From Vicinamibacterales bacterium (GTDB lineage Bacteria; Acidobacteriota; Vicinamibacteria; Vicinamibacterales; SCN-69-37), in contig DATIWF010000062.1 of NCBI GenBank assembly GCA_035519535.1, positions 350 to 64,349 of the forward strand: a stretch of DNA of 64,000 nt, read 5' to 3'. The translations under genes were made by a program, and so were the position numbers. Of this stretch, positions 45,650 to 54,683 are shown piece after piece (within the stretch, counting starts at the first letter, position 1; every line of letters starts with the position of its first letter). The notes under the pieces were generated by a model. That model did no database searches. It was not told where the DNA came from and worked only from the letters and a program-made list of their open reading frames with translations.

Positions 45650-46858
45650 TCACGCCCGCTGGCTGCCGCTCTCGACCGGTTCGGCGGGCAGCGGCTCCCA
45701 CGGATGCTCGCGCGTCAGGAACGCGACGACGCCGCCCTGGCGCTCGAGACCTTCGTCCGCGCCGACGAAATGCACCGGAATGTTGTGGCGCGCCGCGAGC
45801 AGCGCGATCTCCTGCCAGAGGTTGACCTTCTCACACGACGCCTGACAGTTCGGGCACGCCGTCTGGATGCGGTCGAAGATGGCCTCGCATCGCGTGCACC
45901 GCGATCCGATGGCCCCGCGGTCCGGCGTCATCACGACCGACCCTGGCCAGTTCACCTGACTCCCGCGGATCGCGTCGATGACGGCCTGCGGTCCGGCCGC
46001 GATCCCGCGGTGCTCGGCCAGCCGATCGCGCACCTGCGCCGTGAGGCGCCGGTCGTGCACGCCCATGGCGGCGGCCATCGCGTCGTGCACCTCCGTCTCG
46101 AGCCGCGGTGTCTTGCCGGTGAACGGGTGGGGCGCCTCGCACGCCACGCGGGCGGCCAGATGCACCGGCAGCTCCGAACGGATCCGTGTCAGCACGACGT
46201 GTTCGCCGAACAACATCAGGCCTTCGTACGTCTCCTCCGCCCAGGCCCGCTCGATCTCACGGACGAGCTCCTTGCGGTAGTGCAGCAGGTGGTCCTCGCG
46301 ATGCCGCGCGATGGTGGCCTGCTGCTTGCCCCAGGTCTCGCCCGCGGCCGCCTCGCGCCGAGGCACGCTCTCGGTGATTTCCTCGATCAGCCGCAGCGGC
46401 CCGCGGCCCGCCGTGTACAGGCGGCCATGATGGCTGTCGGTGTGCACCACCAGGTACCGACGCTGGCGGTGCAGGTACTCGAGCAGCGGGACGAGGTAGA
46501 TGGCCTCGTCGACGACGAGGCGGTTTGCGATTGGCGTGTCGAGCGTAAACGTCCGCACGAAATGACGAGCGAGGCTGACGAAGACCGCCATGCCCTTCGC
46601 CTGTTTGGCCGCCGGCCCCGACAGAATGCTGCGGACGAGATCGATGTTGCGCGAAAGCTCGCGACGCGCGTCGGGATCGTCTTTGAGCGCGGCCTCGACT
46701 TGCTGCAGCTCGCGGTTCAAGTGCTCGGACCACGTCGAGCGCACGCCTGACACCGACGTGTCGGCGTAGCAACTCACGATCAGACCCTCGCCCCGGGAAT
46801 GATCCATCAGCCACTGAGCGGCCGCGGGGCTCGGCACGTCGAGCAGGGTCGTTGCCAC
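45650..46858 (-). CDS. bacterial archaeo-eukaryotic release factor-like protein (baeRF1/Pelota-like) with a GKQ loop and Zn-ribbon insert
   Basis: YLVVHTDSHHGRLY is followed by ETWGKQQATIARHREDHLLHYRKELV, which lines up with the eRF1 segment GRGGQSALRFARLR.EKRHNYVRKV. The C-terminal domain has AAGPQAVIDAIRGSQV and a CTRC...CPNC insert. I chose GTG 46858 (AAGGAGG 5 nt upstream); the ORF is open from GTG 46891, which would overlap the ASCH stop. Confidence 0.65.
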   Translation of the reverse strand: MATTLLDVPSPAAAQWLMDHSRGEGLIVSCYADTSVSGVRSTWSEHLNRELQQVEAALKDDPDARRELSRNIDLVRSILSGPAAKQAKGMAVFVSLARHFVRTFTLDTPIANRLVVDEAIYLVPLLEYLHRQRRYLVVHTDSHHGRLYTAGRGPLRLIEEITESVPRREAAAGETWGKQQATIARHREDHLLHYRKELVREIERAWAEETYEGLMLFGEHVVLTRIRSELPVHLAARVACEAPHPFTGKTPRLETEVHDAMAAAMGVHDRRLTAQVRDRLAEHRGIAAGPQAVIDAIRGSQVNWPGSVVMTPDRGAIGSRCTRCEAIFDRIQTACPNCQASCEKVNLWQEIALLAARHNIPVHFVGADEGLERQGGVVAFLTREHPWEPLPAEPVESGSQRA

Positions 46859-46887
46859 GATGTCCTCCTTCGCCCGCGCGCGGGCGC

Positions 46888-47208
46888 TCACGACAGTCGC
46901 TCGATCTCGATCGCCACGGCGCCACTCGCCGCGACCGTCGCCTCATGACCGCCCTCGAGCAGCCGCAGCAGCTCGTCCGCGTCTGTCGCGTCCGGTGCGA
47001 TGGCCCGCCAGTTCTCGTGCTGGAGCAGGTCGCGGAATCCGGGGTAGTAGCGGATTCGCCGGACCTGCACGCGCGCCCCCGGGTAGCTCACGTGCTCCCC
47101 GGTGCGCAGGTCCGCCACGTCGTCGGTGGCGAGCCGCGCGTCGATCGTCTTCGTGCCGCCGCGGATCGCGTCTTCCCACTCGGGTCTGGTTGTCAGATGT
47201 CTGGGCAT
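46888..47208 (-). CDS. ASCH domain protein (PUA-like fold)
   Basis: 106 aa. W.DAIRGGTKTIDARL......LRTGEHV.....ARVQVRRIRYYPGFRDLLQHE fits the ASCH pattern (G.KT.E/D.R ... GD ... beta-barrel). GGAGG lies 6 nt upstream of ATG 47208. Confidence 0.6.
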   Translation of the reverse strand: MPRHLTTRPEWEDAIRGGTKTIDARLATDDVADLRTGEHVSYPGARVQVRRIRYYPGFRDLLQHENWRAIAPDATDADELLRLLEGGHEATVAASGAVAIEIERLS

Positions 47209-47228
47209 GGCTGACCTCCGATGTGACG

Positions 47229-47642
47229 TCAGGACGCCGCGTCCACGTGCAGCGGGCCCGCCGGCGTGCCGTGCGGGGCCAGCGCGAGCACGCGGTCGCG
47301 CACGGCTGGAACGCGCCGGCCGATCGCGACGAGGACGCCGTGGATCGTCCGAAACTCGCCAAGCGCCTCGCGGATTTGTCTCTTCGTGAGCGGGCCGTCC
47401 GGGAACCCCCGCCGGTGGTCGCTGACCTGCTGCCAGAGCCGATCCAGGGCGCTGACGGCCGCCTGAGCGTCGGCCGGACAGACGGCAGCAAACCGCCTAT
47501 GCTCGTTCATCACGTCGTCGAAGAGGTAGGCCGCAAGCCGATCCGGCCGGATGCTCTCGGCTTCGAGGAGCTCGTGAAAGGCGCCCCAGTAACCGTTCAG
47601 GAACTGGGTGAAGATTTCTTCGAATCGAGCGGAGTCGTCCAT
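47229..47642 (-). CDS. hypothetical helical protein (137 aa)
   Basis: ATG 47642 (MDDSARFEEIFTQFLNGYWGAFHELLEA...) with GAGG upstream. It ends 20 nt before the ASCH gene. I recognise no family. Confidence 0.5.
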   Translation of the reverse strand: MDDSARFEEIFTQFLNGYWGAFHELLEAESIRPDRLAAYLFDDVMNEHRRFAAVCPADAQAAVSALDRLWQQVSDHRRGFPDGPLTKRQIREALGEFRTIHGVLVAIGRRVPAVRDRVLALAPHGTPAGPLHVDAAS

Positions 47643-47771
47643 GCCAGGCCTCACCACTCAAAACGCAGAACCCGTACCAGCGGTCGCCCACGGGCCAGGC
47701 GTTCGGCGACCGGCCCACGGCCGGTGATGAAGCGGGGATTTTCGCGTTCGGCTCGGAAATCCCGGCCGCCC

Positions 47772-48623
47772 TCAGGCGGCGGCAAGGCCGTAGTAATGGG
47801 CGCACTCGTCCTCGCGCCCGCGCACGACGCGCCGCCCGGCGAGCGTGCCGTGGGAGGCCGTTACGACCGTCCACTGTCCGCCGCCCGTCCCGCGATCGCA
47901 GTAGAGGACGACCCAGTCGTGCGTCCTCTGCAGGCGATGCGCGCGCGCCGTGTTCGAGAAGAGCGCGGTGTAGTGGTGATCGCCCCGGCTCGTATGCAGG
48001 ATCGGCAGCCAGGCCTCGTGCGCGGGATTGAAGCGGCGCGGGGCGATCATCGTCAGCCGGCGGGCCGACGCGGCCTCGCGGTACTCGCGATCGACGTCGA
48101 GCAGCTCGGCGACCGGCGGCGGTGGCACCGCGTCGGGCGGGAGGGGTCGCACTCGCGCCAGCCGATGCGCCAGCACGTCGCGGATGGCATCGAGCCGCTT
48201 CGCGCCGAATCCCGCGATGTCTTCGAGACGGCCGTCATGGGCGGCCGCCTCCAGATCCTCGAGCGTTTCGAGCCCGAGCTCTTCGTGGAGCCGCTCAGCC
48301 AGGCGCGGGCCGATACCCGGCACCGAGCTCAGTCGCCGGATCGGGTCTGCCTCGCCCCGGAGCCGCTCGAGCATCGGGAAGTAACCCAGCCGGACGATGT
48401 CGCGGATCGCGCGCGCGAGGCCCTCGCCGACGCCGGGCAGCCGTTCGAGACCGGGAAGCCCCTCGAAGTCGAGCAGGGCGGACACGGGGTCGGTGAGCTG
48501 CCGAAGGGTGTGGGCGGCGCGCCGGTACGCGCGGACTCTGAACACGTTCGCGCCTTGTTCGGCGAGCAGTTCAGCGGCCTGGTCCAGCTTGCCGGCGACG
48601 AGCTCGTTCTCGCGCACGTTCAC
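47772..48623 (-). CDS. helix-hairpin-helix protein: PolX-type N-terminal (8-kDa/fingers) domain plus uncharacterised C-terminal domain, no polymerase palm
   Basis: AAELLAEQGANVFRVRAYRRAAHTL...LPGVGEGLARAIRDIV...VPGIGPRLAERL...IAGFGAKRLDAI shows three HhH motifs, as in the DNA polymerase X N-terminus. The C-terminal segment is ...RRFNPAHEAWLPILHTSRGDHHYTALFSNTARAHRLQRTHDWVVLY... GTG 48623 has GGAG 6 nt upstream (the track opens at TTG 48650). Confidence 0.6.
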   Translation of the reverse strand: MNVRENELVAGKLDQAAELLAEQGANVFRVRAYRRAAHTLRQLTDPVSALLDFEGLPGLERLPGVGEGLARAIRDIVRLGYFPMLERLRGEADPIRRLSSVPGIGPRLAERLHEELGLETLEDLEAAAHDGRLEDIAGFGAKRLDAIRDVLAHRLARVRPLPPDAVPPPPVAELLDVDREYREAASARRLTMIAPRRFNPAHEAWLPILHTSRGDHHYTALFSNTARAHRLQRTHDWVVLYCDRGTGGGQWTVVTASHGTLAGRRVVRGREDECAHYYGLAAA

Positions 48624-48711
48624 GCGTCGCTCCGGAGGTACTTGAAGCAAGACACGGGCCAGCGAACGCTGTTGCCGGGGTCGGTGGTGCGCCTACAGTG
48701 AACACGAGTCT

Positions 48712-48773
48712 AGAAAAATATGCCGGGATTATTTTTGCAAGATTACGCAAAAATAATCCCGGCATATTTTTCT
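48712..48773. terminator. perfect 27-bp inverted repeat with 8-nt loop, AT-rich; probable bidirectional terminator and/or operator
   Basis: AGAAAAATATGCCGGGATTATTTTTGC aagattac GCAAAAATAATCCCGGCATATTTTTCT. An A-tract and a T-tract sit at the stem base. The right arm overlaps the stop codon (48772-48774) of the MBL gene. It lies 60-90 nt upstream of the HhH gene start. Confidence 0.5.
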
Positions 48774-49695
48774 ATTTGTGCAGTTCGTCGTACGTCCCCG
48801 CGAGGGCGCGCGTCGTCAGTGGGCCCCGATCCTCGAAGCCGCGAAGGACGTCCTTCGCGTTGATGATCTCATCGCGCGAGCGCCCCGCCGTGATGCCGGC
48901 CCGGACGTAGTCGACGAGCGCCGTCAGGTAGTCGCGCATCTTCAGCACGTCGGCGCGCGTCCCCGTCACCGGCAGCTTCGCGGCCGAGTGGCCCCAGACG
49001 TACGTCGCGTCCGCCGGGTATTTCGCGGCGATTTGCTCCGTCACCGCGATCCAGTTCGTCGCCGACGCGCCGCCAGGCGTGCGGTCGACGTAGCACTGCA
49101 ATCCGCCCCAGACGAGATCGCCCACGTGGACGATATTCGCCTTCTCGAAGAACACGACGCAGTCGCCGCCGGTGTGCGCCGGCGTGAATTTCGTCGCATG
49201 CACCGTCTCGTCGCCGATGACCTTGTTCCACACGCCGTCGAACGTCGAATCCGGATAGACCTGCTCGACCGGCGACGCCGCCTGATCGTTGGCGATCTTC
49301 TGCAGCGCGGGCACGTTCGCCTGGGCGGCGATCGTCTTCGTCACGGGCTTGAACACCGGGTTGCCGCCGGTGTGGTCCGCGTGATGGTGGGTGTTGATGA
49401 GCACGTCGATCGGCCGGTGGCCCGTCTGGTCGCCGAGCCCGTCGAGGAACGCCTTCGCGGCGTCCGGATACTGGCTGTCCACGACCAGCACGCCGCCGGC
49501 GTTGACGAGGTACCCAATCGTCCCGCCGCGGCCGGTGAAGAAGCCGACGTTGCGGCGGATCGGCGTGAACACGGGCGTCCATGCGGGCGGCTGTTGCGGT
49601 GCGGCCGCGGGTGTGGTCTGCGCCCACGCCCGGCGACCGAGCGCGACCAGGCCGGCGCCGCCGGCTGACAGCACAAGAAACGACCGACGAGTCAC
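48772..49695 (-). CDS. MBL-fold metallo-hydrolase, Tat-exported
   Basis: 307 aa from GTG 49695 (VTRRSFLVLSAGGAGLVALG twin-arginine signal). HHHADH zinc motif (LINTHHHADHTGGN). The start overlaps the upstream stop (GTGA). Confidence 0.85.
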   Translation of the reverse strand: MTRRSFLVLSAGGAGLVALGRRAWAQTTPAAAPQQPPAWTPVFTPIRRNVGFFTGRGGTIGYLVNAGGVLVVDSQYPDAAKAFLDGLGDQTGHRPIDVLINTHHHADHTGGNPVFKPVTKTIAAQANVPALQKIANDQAASPVEQVYPDSTFDGVWNKVIGDETVHATKFTPAHTGGDCVVFFEKANIVHVGDLVWGGLQCYVDRTPGGASATNWIAVTEQIAAKYPADATYVWGHSAAKLPVTGTRADVLKMRDYLTALVDYVRAGITAGRSRDEIINAKDVLRGFEDRGPLTTRALAGTYDELHK

Positions 49696-52673
49696 CGAAT
49701 CGGCTCTCCCTTCTTCACCTGCGGCAGGCCGGTGGCCATCCACTCCGGCTGCGGCGTGCCTTTGAGATAGTGATCGAAGAACTGCTTCATCCGCACCTGG
49801 AAATCCTTCTGGTTTTCCGTCTTCGCCAGGTGATGCGGTTCGTCCGGATAGGACAGGAAAATGACCTGCTTTCCGGTCCGCCGCGCCGCATTGTAGAACT
49901 CGAGGCCCTGGTCCCAGTCCACCGCGCCGTCCGCGGTGCCTTGCAGGATCATGAACGGCGTCTGGATCTTCGTCACGTTGAAAATCGGCGACTCGCTCTC
50001 GTACAGGTCCTTCGCGTTCCACGGCGTGACGTTGGCGCCCATCCGGCCCTGGCTCGTCTCGAGGATGCCGCCGTTCCACGCGCCCGTCGACTTGTACAGC
50101 TCGCCATACATGCTGATCAGGTCCGTCAGCGGCGCGCCGGTGACCACCGCCGCGAAGATGTTCGTCTGCGTCAGAATGAACGACGACTCGTACCCGCCCC
50201 AGCTGTGTCCCTGCAGGCCGATGTGCGCCGGATCGGCGTAGCCGAGCGCGATGACCTTCTTCACCGCCGCCGTGACGCAATCGAGCGCCGACGTGCCGGG
50301 GTGGCCGATGTCGTAGACGATGTCGGGCTCGAGGACGAGGTAGCCGTCGCTCGCGTAGGCGCTCATGTGCGGGCGATCGTCGTACACCGGCATCGAGAAC
50401 TGGTGATGCGTGTTGGACAGCAGCTCGTAGATATAGACGAGCATCGGGTACTGCTTGCCCGCCTGATAGCCCGCAGGCAGCGTCAGCGTGGCCTGAAGCT
50501 TGCGGCCCTTGCTGTTCGTGTAGTCGACGAGCACCCGCTTGCCCCACGCGTACTCGGAAATCTGCGGGTTCGCATCGGTGATCTTCCGCGGCGCGGCGAA
50601 CGACGAGTCGCTGACCCAGTAGTCGGGAAACTCCTCGAACGTCTGCTGCGTGAACATCACGCGGTCCGCGTCCTTTGCTTTTTGCGCCCCGCCGATGCTC
50701 TTGTCGGCCCAGATGAGCGGCGTCGGCTTGCCGCCGCCGGCGGGCAGGCGCCAGTAGCCGGATTTCTTCGTCCACTCCCCGTACGCGGTGAGCGTTTGGG
50801 GCTGCGACAGGTCGATGCCTTCGTCGGCGCCGCCCGCCCCGGCGAAGCCGCCGCCCCCGCCCCGTCCGCCGCGCCCGCCGCCGGCACCGAGCCGGGCCAG
50901 TCGCAGCTGCACCTGATCGGCGGCGCCGGCTGCCGCCGTGAGATTGGTCCCGCGCCCGCCGTCGAGCGGCTGCGACCACACGTCGAACTTGTCGTAGAGC
51001 AGCACGGACTTGCCGTCCTTCGCCCAGCCCGCGACGCCCCAGATCGGCTTCTCGGCCGCCTGATCGTTGTCGGTGTTGATGAAGTTCGCGCCGCCGGCGT
51101 CCACGCGCGCGGCCCTGCCCGTCTCGAGGTTGTACGCCATCACGTGCTGGCTCTCGAGATACAGGAACCACTTGCTGTCGGACGACGAGCCCATCGCGCG
51201 CAAGAGGCGCTTCGCGATGAGGGTGCGCGCGCCGGTCGCGGTGTCGATCCTGTAGTAGTCGGCGCGGGCCGGCTGGCCTTCGGAGAAGTCATGCTCGTAG
51301 GGGGTCGGGTCGCGCCCGATTGCCCAGCGATCGTCCGCCGTCGGCGTGACCGTCTTGATCGAGGCGTCTGCGAGCTGCAGGAACTTCTTCGACGCGACCA
51401 TCAGCACCGAGGCGAGCGTCGCCCGGCGCTCCTGTCCGACGCGGAGGATCTGCTCGGACTGCAGCTCGACGTCCTTCCAGTGATAGATGTCGAGATTCGC
51501 CTGCGGCTCGGTCGCCTCGGGCCGTGAGTCTTCTTGTGCCCGGATGCCGACGAACACGCGGCTGCCGTCCTTGCTCCAGCGCGGCGTGGTGTACTCGCTC
51601 AGGACGAAGCCTTTCGGGAAGGTCGCGTCCTGGCCGGGATCCCACTCGAGCGCCGAGGGCTGCGCCGCGGCGGCGTCGGTCCACGCGAGCAGGACGTTCT
51701 CCTTCTCGACCTTGCCGTCCGGCTTCTGGCCGCGGAGCGCCGCCAGCCGCGTGGACGCATCGCCCCACGACAGGCCGTCGTAGTCCTTCGCGGCGCTGTC
51801 GAGCGCGCGCGTTTCACCGGTCGCGAGGTTCGCGACGTAGACGCCGTTGCCCATGTGATTCGCCGCGTCTACGGTGTACGCCAGGAGCTTCCCGCCGTCG
51901 TCGAAGTCGTACTGATTCACGTTGCCGATGTTCTGGGTGACGCCCGTGGCGAGGCGACGCAGCAGAAGATCGCTGCCCCGGTGCGAGGTGTCGCCCGCGG
52001 CGCCGTTGACCTTGATTGCGATCCAGGCCGAGCCCTTGGAGAACTGATAGCCGCCGGCGTTGGGCACGTCGAACTTCGCGCCGGTCGTCAGGTCGAGCAG
52101 CTCGAATCGGCGAACGGTGTCGGCGTTCGCATTGGCGCCGGTCTGCGGTGCGGCGCCGGGCTCGGTGCTGCCGCCGCGCTGGGGCGGCGCCGCGCCGCGG
52201 GCGCCGCCGCGGGCGCCCCCGGCGCCGCGTCCGCGTCCGGCGGCCCGCGCCGGCGGATTCACGTAGTAGCCGATCCAGCGGCTGTCGTCCGAGAACTGCA
52301 CGGCCGCGCCGCCGCCCCCGCCGCCACGCCCGCCGCCGCGCCCGCCTCCGCCAGCCGCCGAGCCGACCGGAATCGTGTAGAGCTTGTCGCCATCGAGTTG
52401 CTTGACGAACAGCGTCTCGTCGCCGTCGTTGGGCGAGTACGTATACGTCGCCCACTTGCCGTCGTCGCTGATCGCCGTCGACGTGATGCGCTTCCACGGA
52501 CCGTAGTCCGCCAGCGTCAGCACTTTCTTGCCGTCCGGTGCGGTCTTGGGTGCGGCCGCCGGCGGGTTGGCGTCGGCGCGCTGTCGTGCCGCCGGTGCTG
52601 CGGGCCAGAAGACGAGCGCCAGGGACAGAACGCACCCCAGGCGGGTGAGATGTTTCAGGGATGTGACGGTCAT
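49692..52673 (-). CDS. S9 family serine peptidase (prolyl oligopeptidase/DPP-like: beta-propeller plus alpha/beta hydrolase) with Gly/Arg-rich inserts
   Basis: 993 aa with a signal peptide. Catalytic Ser in GLQGHSWGGYES, Asp in QGTADGAVD, His in YPDEPHHL. Three low-complexity G/R tracts are present. Confidence 0.85.
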   Translation of the reverse strand: MTVTSLKHLTRLGCVLSLALVFWPAAPAARQRADANPPAAAPKTAPDGKKVLTLADYGPWKRITSTAISDDGKWATYTYSPNDGDETLFVKQLDGDKLYTIPVGSAAGGGGRGGGRGGGGGGAAVQFSDDSRWIGYYVNPPARAAGRGRGAGGARGGARGAAPPQRGGSTEPGAAPQTGANANADTVRRFELLDLTTGAKFDVPNAGGYQFSKGSAWIAIKVNGAAGDTSHRGSDLLLRRLATGVTQNIGNVNQYDFDDGGKLLAYTVDAANHMGNGVYVANLATGETRALDSAAKDYDGLSWGDASTRLAALRGQKPDGKVEKENVLLAWTDAAAAQPSALEWDPGQDATFPKGFVLSEYTTPRWSKDGSRVFVGIRAQEDSRPEATEPQANLDIYHWKDVELQSEQILRVGQERRATLASVLMVASKKFLQLADASIKTVTPTADDRWAIGRDPTPYEHDFSEGQPARADYYRIDTATGARTLIAKRLLRAMGSSSDSKWFLYLESQHVMAYNLETGRAARVDAGGANFINTDNDQAAEKPIWGVAGWAKDGKSVLLYDKFDVWSQPLDGGRGTNLTAAAGAADQVQLRLARLGAGGGRGGRGGGGGFAGAGGADEGIDLSQPQTLTAYGEWTKKSGYWRLPAGGGKPTPLIWADKSIGGAQKAKDADRVMFTQQTFEEFPDYWVSDSSFAAPRKITDANPQISEYAWGKRVLVDYTNSKGRKLQATLTLPAGYQAGKQYPMLVYIYELLSNTHHQFSMPVYDDRPHMSAYASDGYLVLEPDIVYDIGHPGTSALDCVTAAVKKVIALGYADPAHIGLQGHSWGGYESSFILTQTNIFAAVVTGAPLTDLISMYGELYKSTGAWNGGILETSQGRMGANVTPWNAKDLYESESPIFNVTKIQTPFMILQGTADGAVDWDQGLEFYNAARRTGKQVIFLSYPDEPHHLAKTENQKDFQVRMKQFFDHYLKGTPQPEWMATGLPQVKKGEPIR

Positions 52674-52808
52674 GGCAGGGACTCCCTTGGGTGGCCCGAT
52701 CCTAATCCACGTCGCGCCGTCGCGGCGCGTCCGCCACCCCCAACCCGGAACCCGGCGTCGTCGTCAAACGTATCGTTGGATTACTGAGCTCCTCGGAGGG
52801 AGGCGGGC

Positions 52809-52976
52809 ATGTCGTTCTTGAAAAAGCTCCTTGGCAAGGCTGAACCACCGAAGACGCGCGTGCGGATTTGCGTGGAATGTGGCATGCCCGTTGCCGAACA
52901 CAAGGCGTGGTGCTCGATCTACCGCGGGCAGCTCGAGATGCAGGCCGCCAAGCCGGCCGGGGCGCCGCGGAACTAG
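52809..52976 (+). CDS. small hypothetical protein (55 aa) with a CxxC motif
   Basis: ATG 52809 is preceded by GGAGGGAGG. The product reads MSFLKKLLGKAEPPKTRVRICVECGMPVAEHKAWCSIYRGQLEMQAAKPAGAPRN. It is below the ORF-track cutoff and has no homology evidence. Confidence 0.4.
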   Translation: MSFLKKLLGKAEPPKTRVRICVECGMPVAEHKAWCSIYRGQLEMQAAKPAGAPRN

Positions 52977-53138
52977 GCCCGAGGCGGTCGGCCTCCGGCC
53001 CCAGGACAGCCTCAAGTCAGACTCACTCGCTGGCCGTTCGGACTCGCGCCGGGCGCTCCGCGCCGGCGCGCCGCACGCCGCACGAAGCACCAAGCACTCG
53101 GCACCCGCCCCGTGGTGCTATCCTCACAAGACCGCCCC

Positions 53139-54683
53139 ATGAACGTCCTGCTGTTCTCGATGCCGGACTCGTTCGAGCACACGCCGACGATAGCGATGCG
53201 GATGCCCAACGGCGCGCTCGCCTCGCTCGCCGGCAACGTCGATCCGCACCATCGCGTGGCGATCGCGGATCTCGTGCTCGTGCAGTCGGCGGTGCCGCAG
53301 ACGGTGGAGCGTCTCGTCCGGTCGATCGCGCCAGACGTCGTCGGGTTGTCGGTCATGACGTTTCAGCGTCACACGGCGCGGAAGGTGATCGCGCTCGTGC
53401 GCGCGCTGCGCCCTGAGGCGCGCGTCGTCGTCGGCGGCTACGATCCGAGCCTGGCCTCGCACGTCTACGAAGATCCGGCGTTCAACGTGGATGTCATCGT
53501 GCGCGGCGAGGGCGACCACACGTTCCGGGAGCTGCTGCGGGCGATCGAATCTGGCGGCGATCTGTCGGCGATTCCCGGGCTGTCGTATCGCGACGGCGCG
53601 CGGTTCGTGCGTAATCCGGATCGGCCGGTGAGCCACCTCGACGGCGACGTGCGGCCGCCCAATCGCGCCGCGCGCGTGCTCGGCGGCTACACCCTGCTCG
53701 GCCGGCCGATTGACATCGTCGAGACGTCGCGCGGCTGCACGTACGACTGCAGCTTCTGCTCGATCATCGAGATGCGCGGCCGGAACTTCCACACCTGGGC
53801 GTTCGACCGCGTGATCGCGGACATCGCGGACGCGAAGGCTCGCGGGGCGCGGGCGGTGTTCATCGTCGACGACAACATCACGCTCAATGTCGCGCGCTTC
53901 AAGGGCCTGTGCCGCGCGATCATCGACGCGGGCCACGACGACATCGACTACGTCGTGCAGGCCATGACGAGCGCCATCGCCTCGAGCGGCGACGAGCTGG
54001 CCCGGCTCATGCGCCGGGCCGGATTCCGCTACGTCTTTCTCGGGATCGAGAACGTGCTCGACCAGGACCTCGCGTTCCTGCGCGCGAAAGCGAAGAACGT
54101 GCAGCGCGAGGGCGGACGAGCGGTGGGCAGCGCGACGCTCACCGCGGTCACGCTGCTTCGCCGGCACGGCATGCAGGTCGTGGGCGGGCTCATCGTCGGC
54201 AGTCCCGACGACACGCGCGAGTCGATCGACGCCAATCTCGAGTTCGCGCGGCGGTACGTGGACTGGCCCTACATCCAGCATCCGACGCCGTACCCCGGCA
54301 CGCCGATGACGAAGGATTTCCGGGATCGGAATCTCATCGTCAACGAGGCCGTCGAGGAGTACGACGGGACGACCGCGGTCGTGCGCACGGAGCACCTGAG
54401 CGCCGAGGACGTCGAGTTCATGCGCTGGCGCGCCGAGCGCTGGATGAAGGTCCGGCACATGCCGGCGGCGCTGGCGCACGACACGTGGTTCGTGCTCACG
54501 CACTGGCACCGCATGCTGCAGCACACGTTCCGCGGATCGACGGTGCGGACGTGGCTGGGCCTCGAGCCCGAGCGCGAGGCGTTCCGCCGATACAAGGCGA
54601 TTCGCCGCAGGGAGCGCGAGTTCTTTCCGACCGACGCGCCGCCCTTGTCTGCCTCCACATTTTCTGCCACAGTCCGGGCGTGA
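53139..54683 (+). CDS. B12-binding domain radical SAM protein
   Basis: The N-terminal Rossmann-like B12 domain (VLLFSMPD...VVGLSVMT...VVVGGY) is followed by [12 protein letters not shown] (CxxxCxxC). I chose ATG 53139 (the track opens at GTG 53112). Confidence 0.85.
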   Translation: MNVLLFSMPDSFEHTPTIAMRMPNGALASLAGNVDPHHRVAIADLVLVQSAVPQTVERLVRSIAPDVVGLSVMTFQRHTARKVIALVRALRPEARVVVGGYDPSLASHVYEDPAFNVDVIVRGEGDHTFRELLRAIESGGDLSAIPGLSYRDGARFVRNPDRPVSHLDGDVRPPNRAARVLGGYTLLGRPIDIVETSRGCTYDCSFCSIIEMRGRNFHTWAFDRVIADIADAKARGARAVFIVDDNITLNVARFKGLCRAIIDAGHDDIDYVVQAMTSAIASSGDELARLMRRAGFRYVFLGIENVLDQDLAFLRAKAKNVQREGGRAVGSATLTAVTLLRRHGMQVVGGLIVGSPDDTRESIDANLEFARRYVDWPYIQHPTPYPGTPMTKDFRDRNLIVNEAVEEYDGTTAVVRTEHLSAEDVEFMRWRAERWMKVRHMPAALAHDTWFVLTHWHRMLQHTFRGSTVRTWLGLEPEREAFRRYKAIRRREREFFPTDAPPLSASTFSATVRA

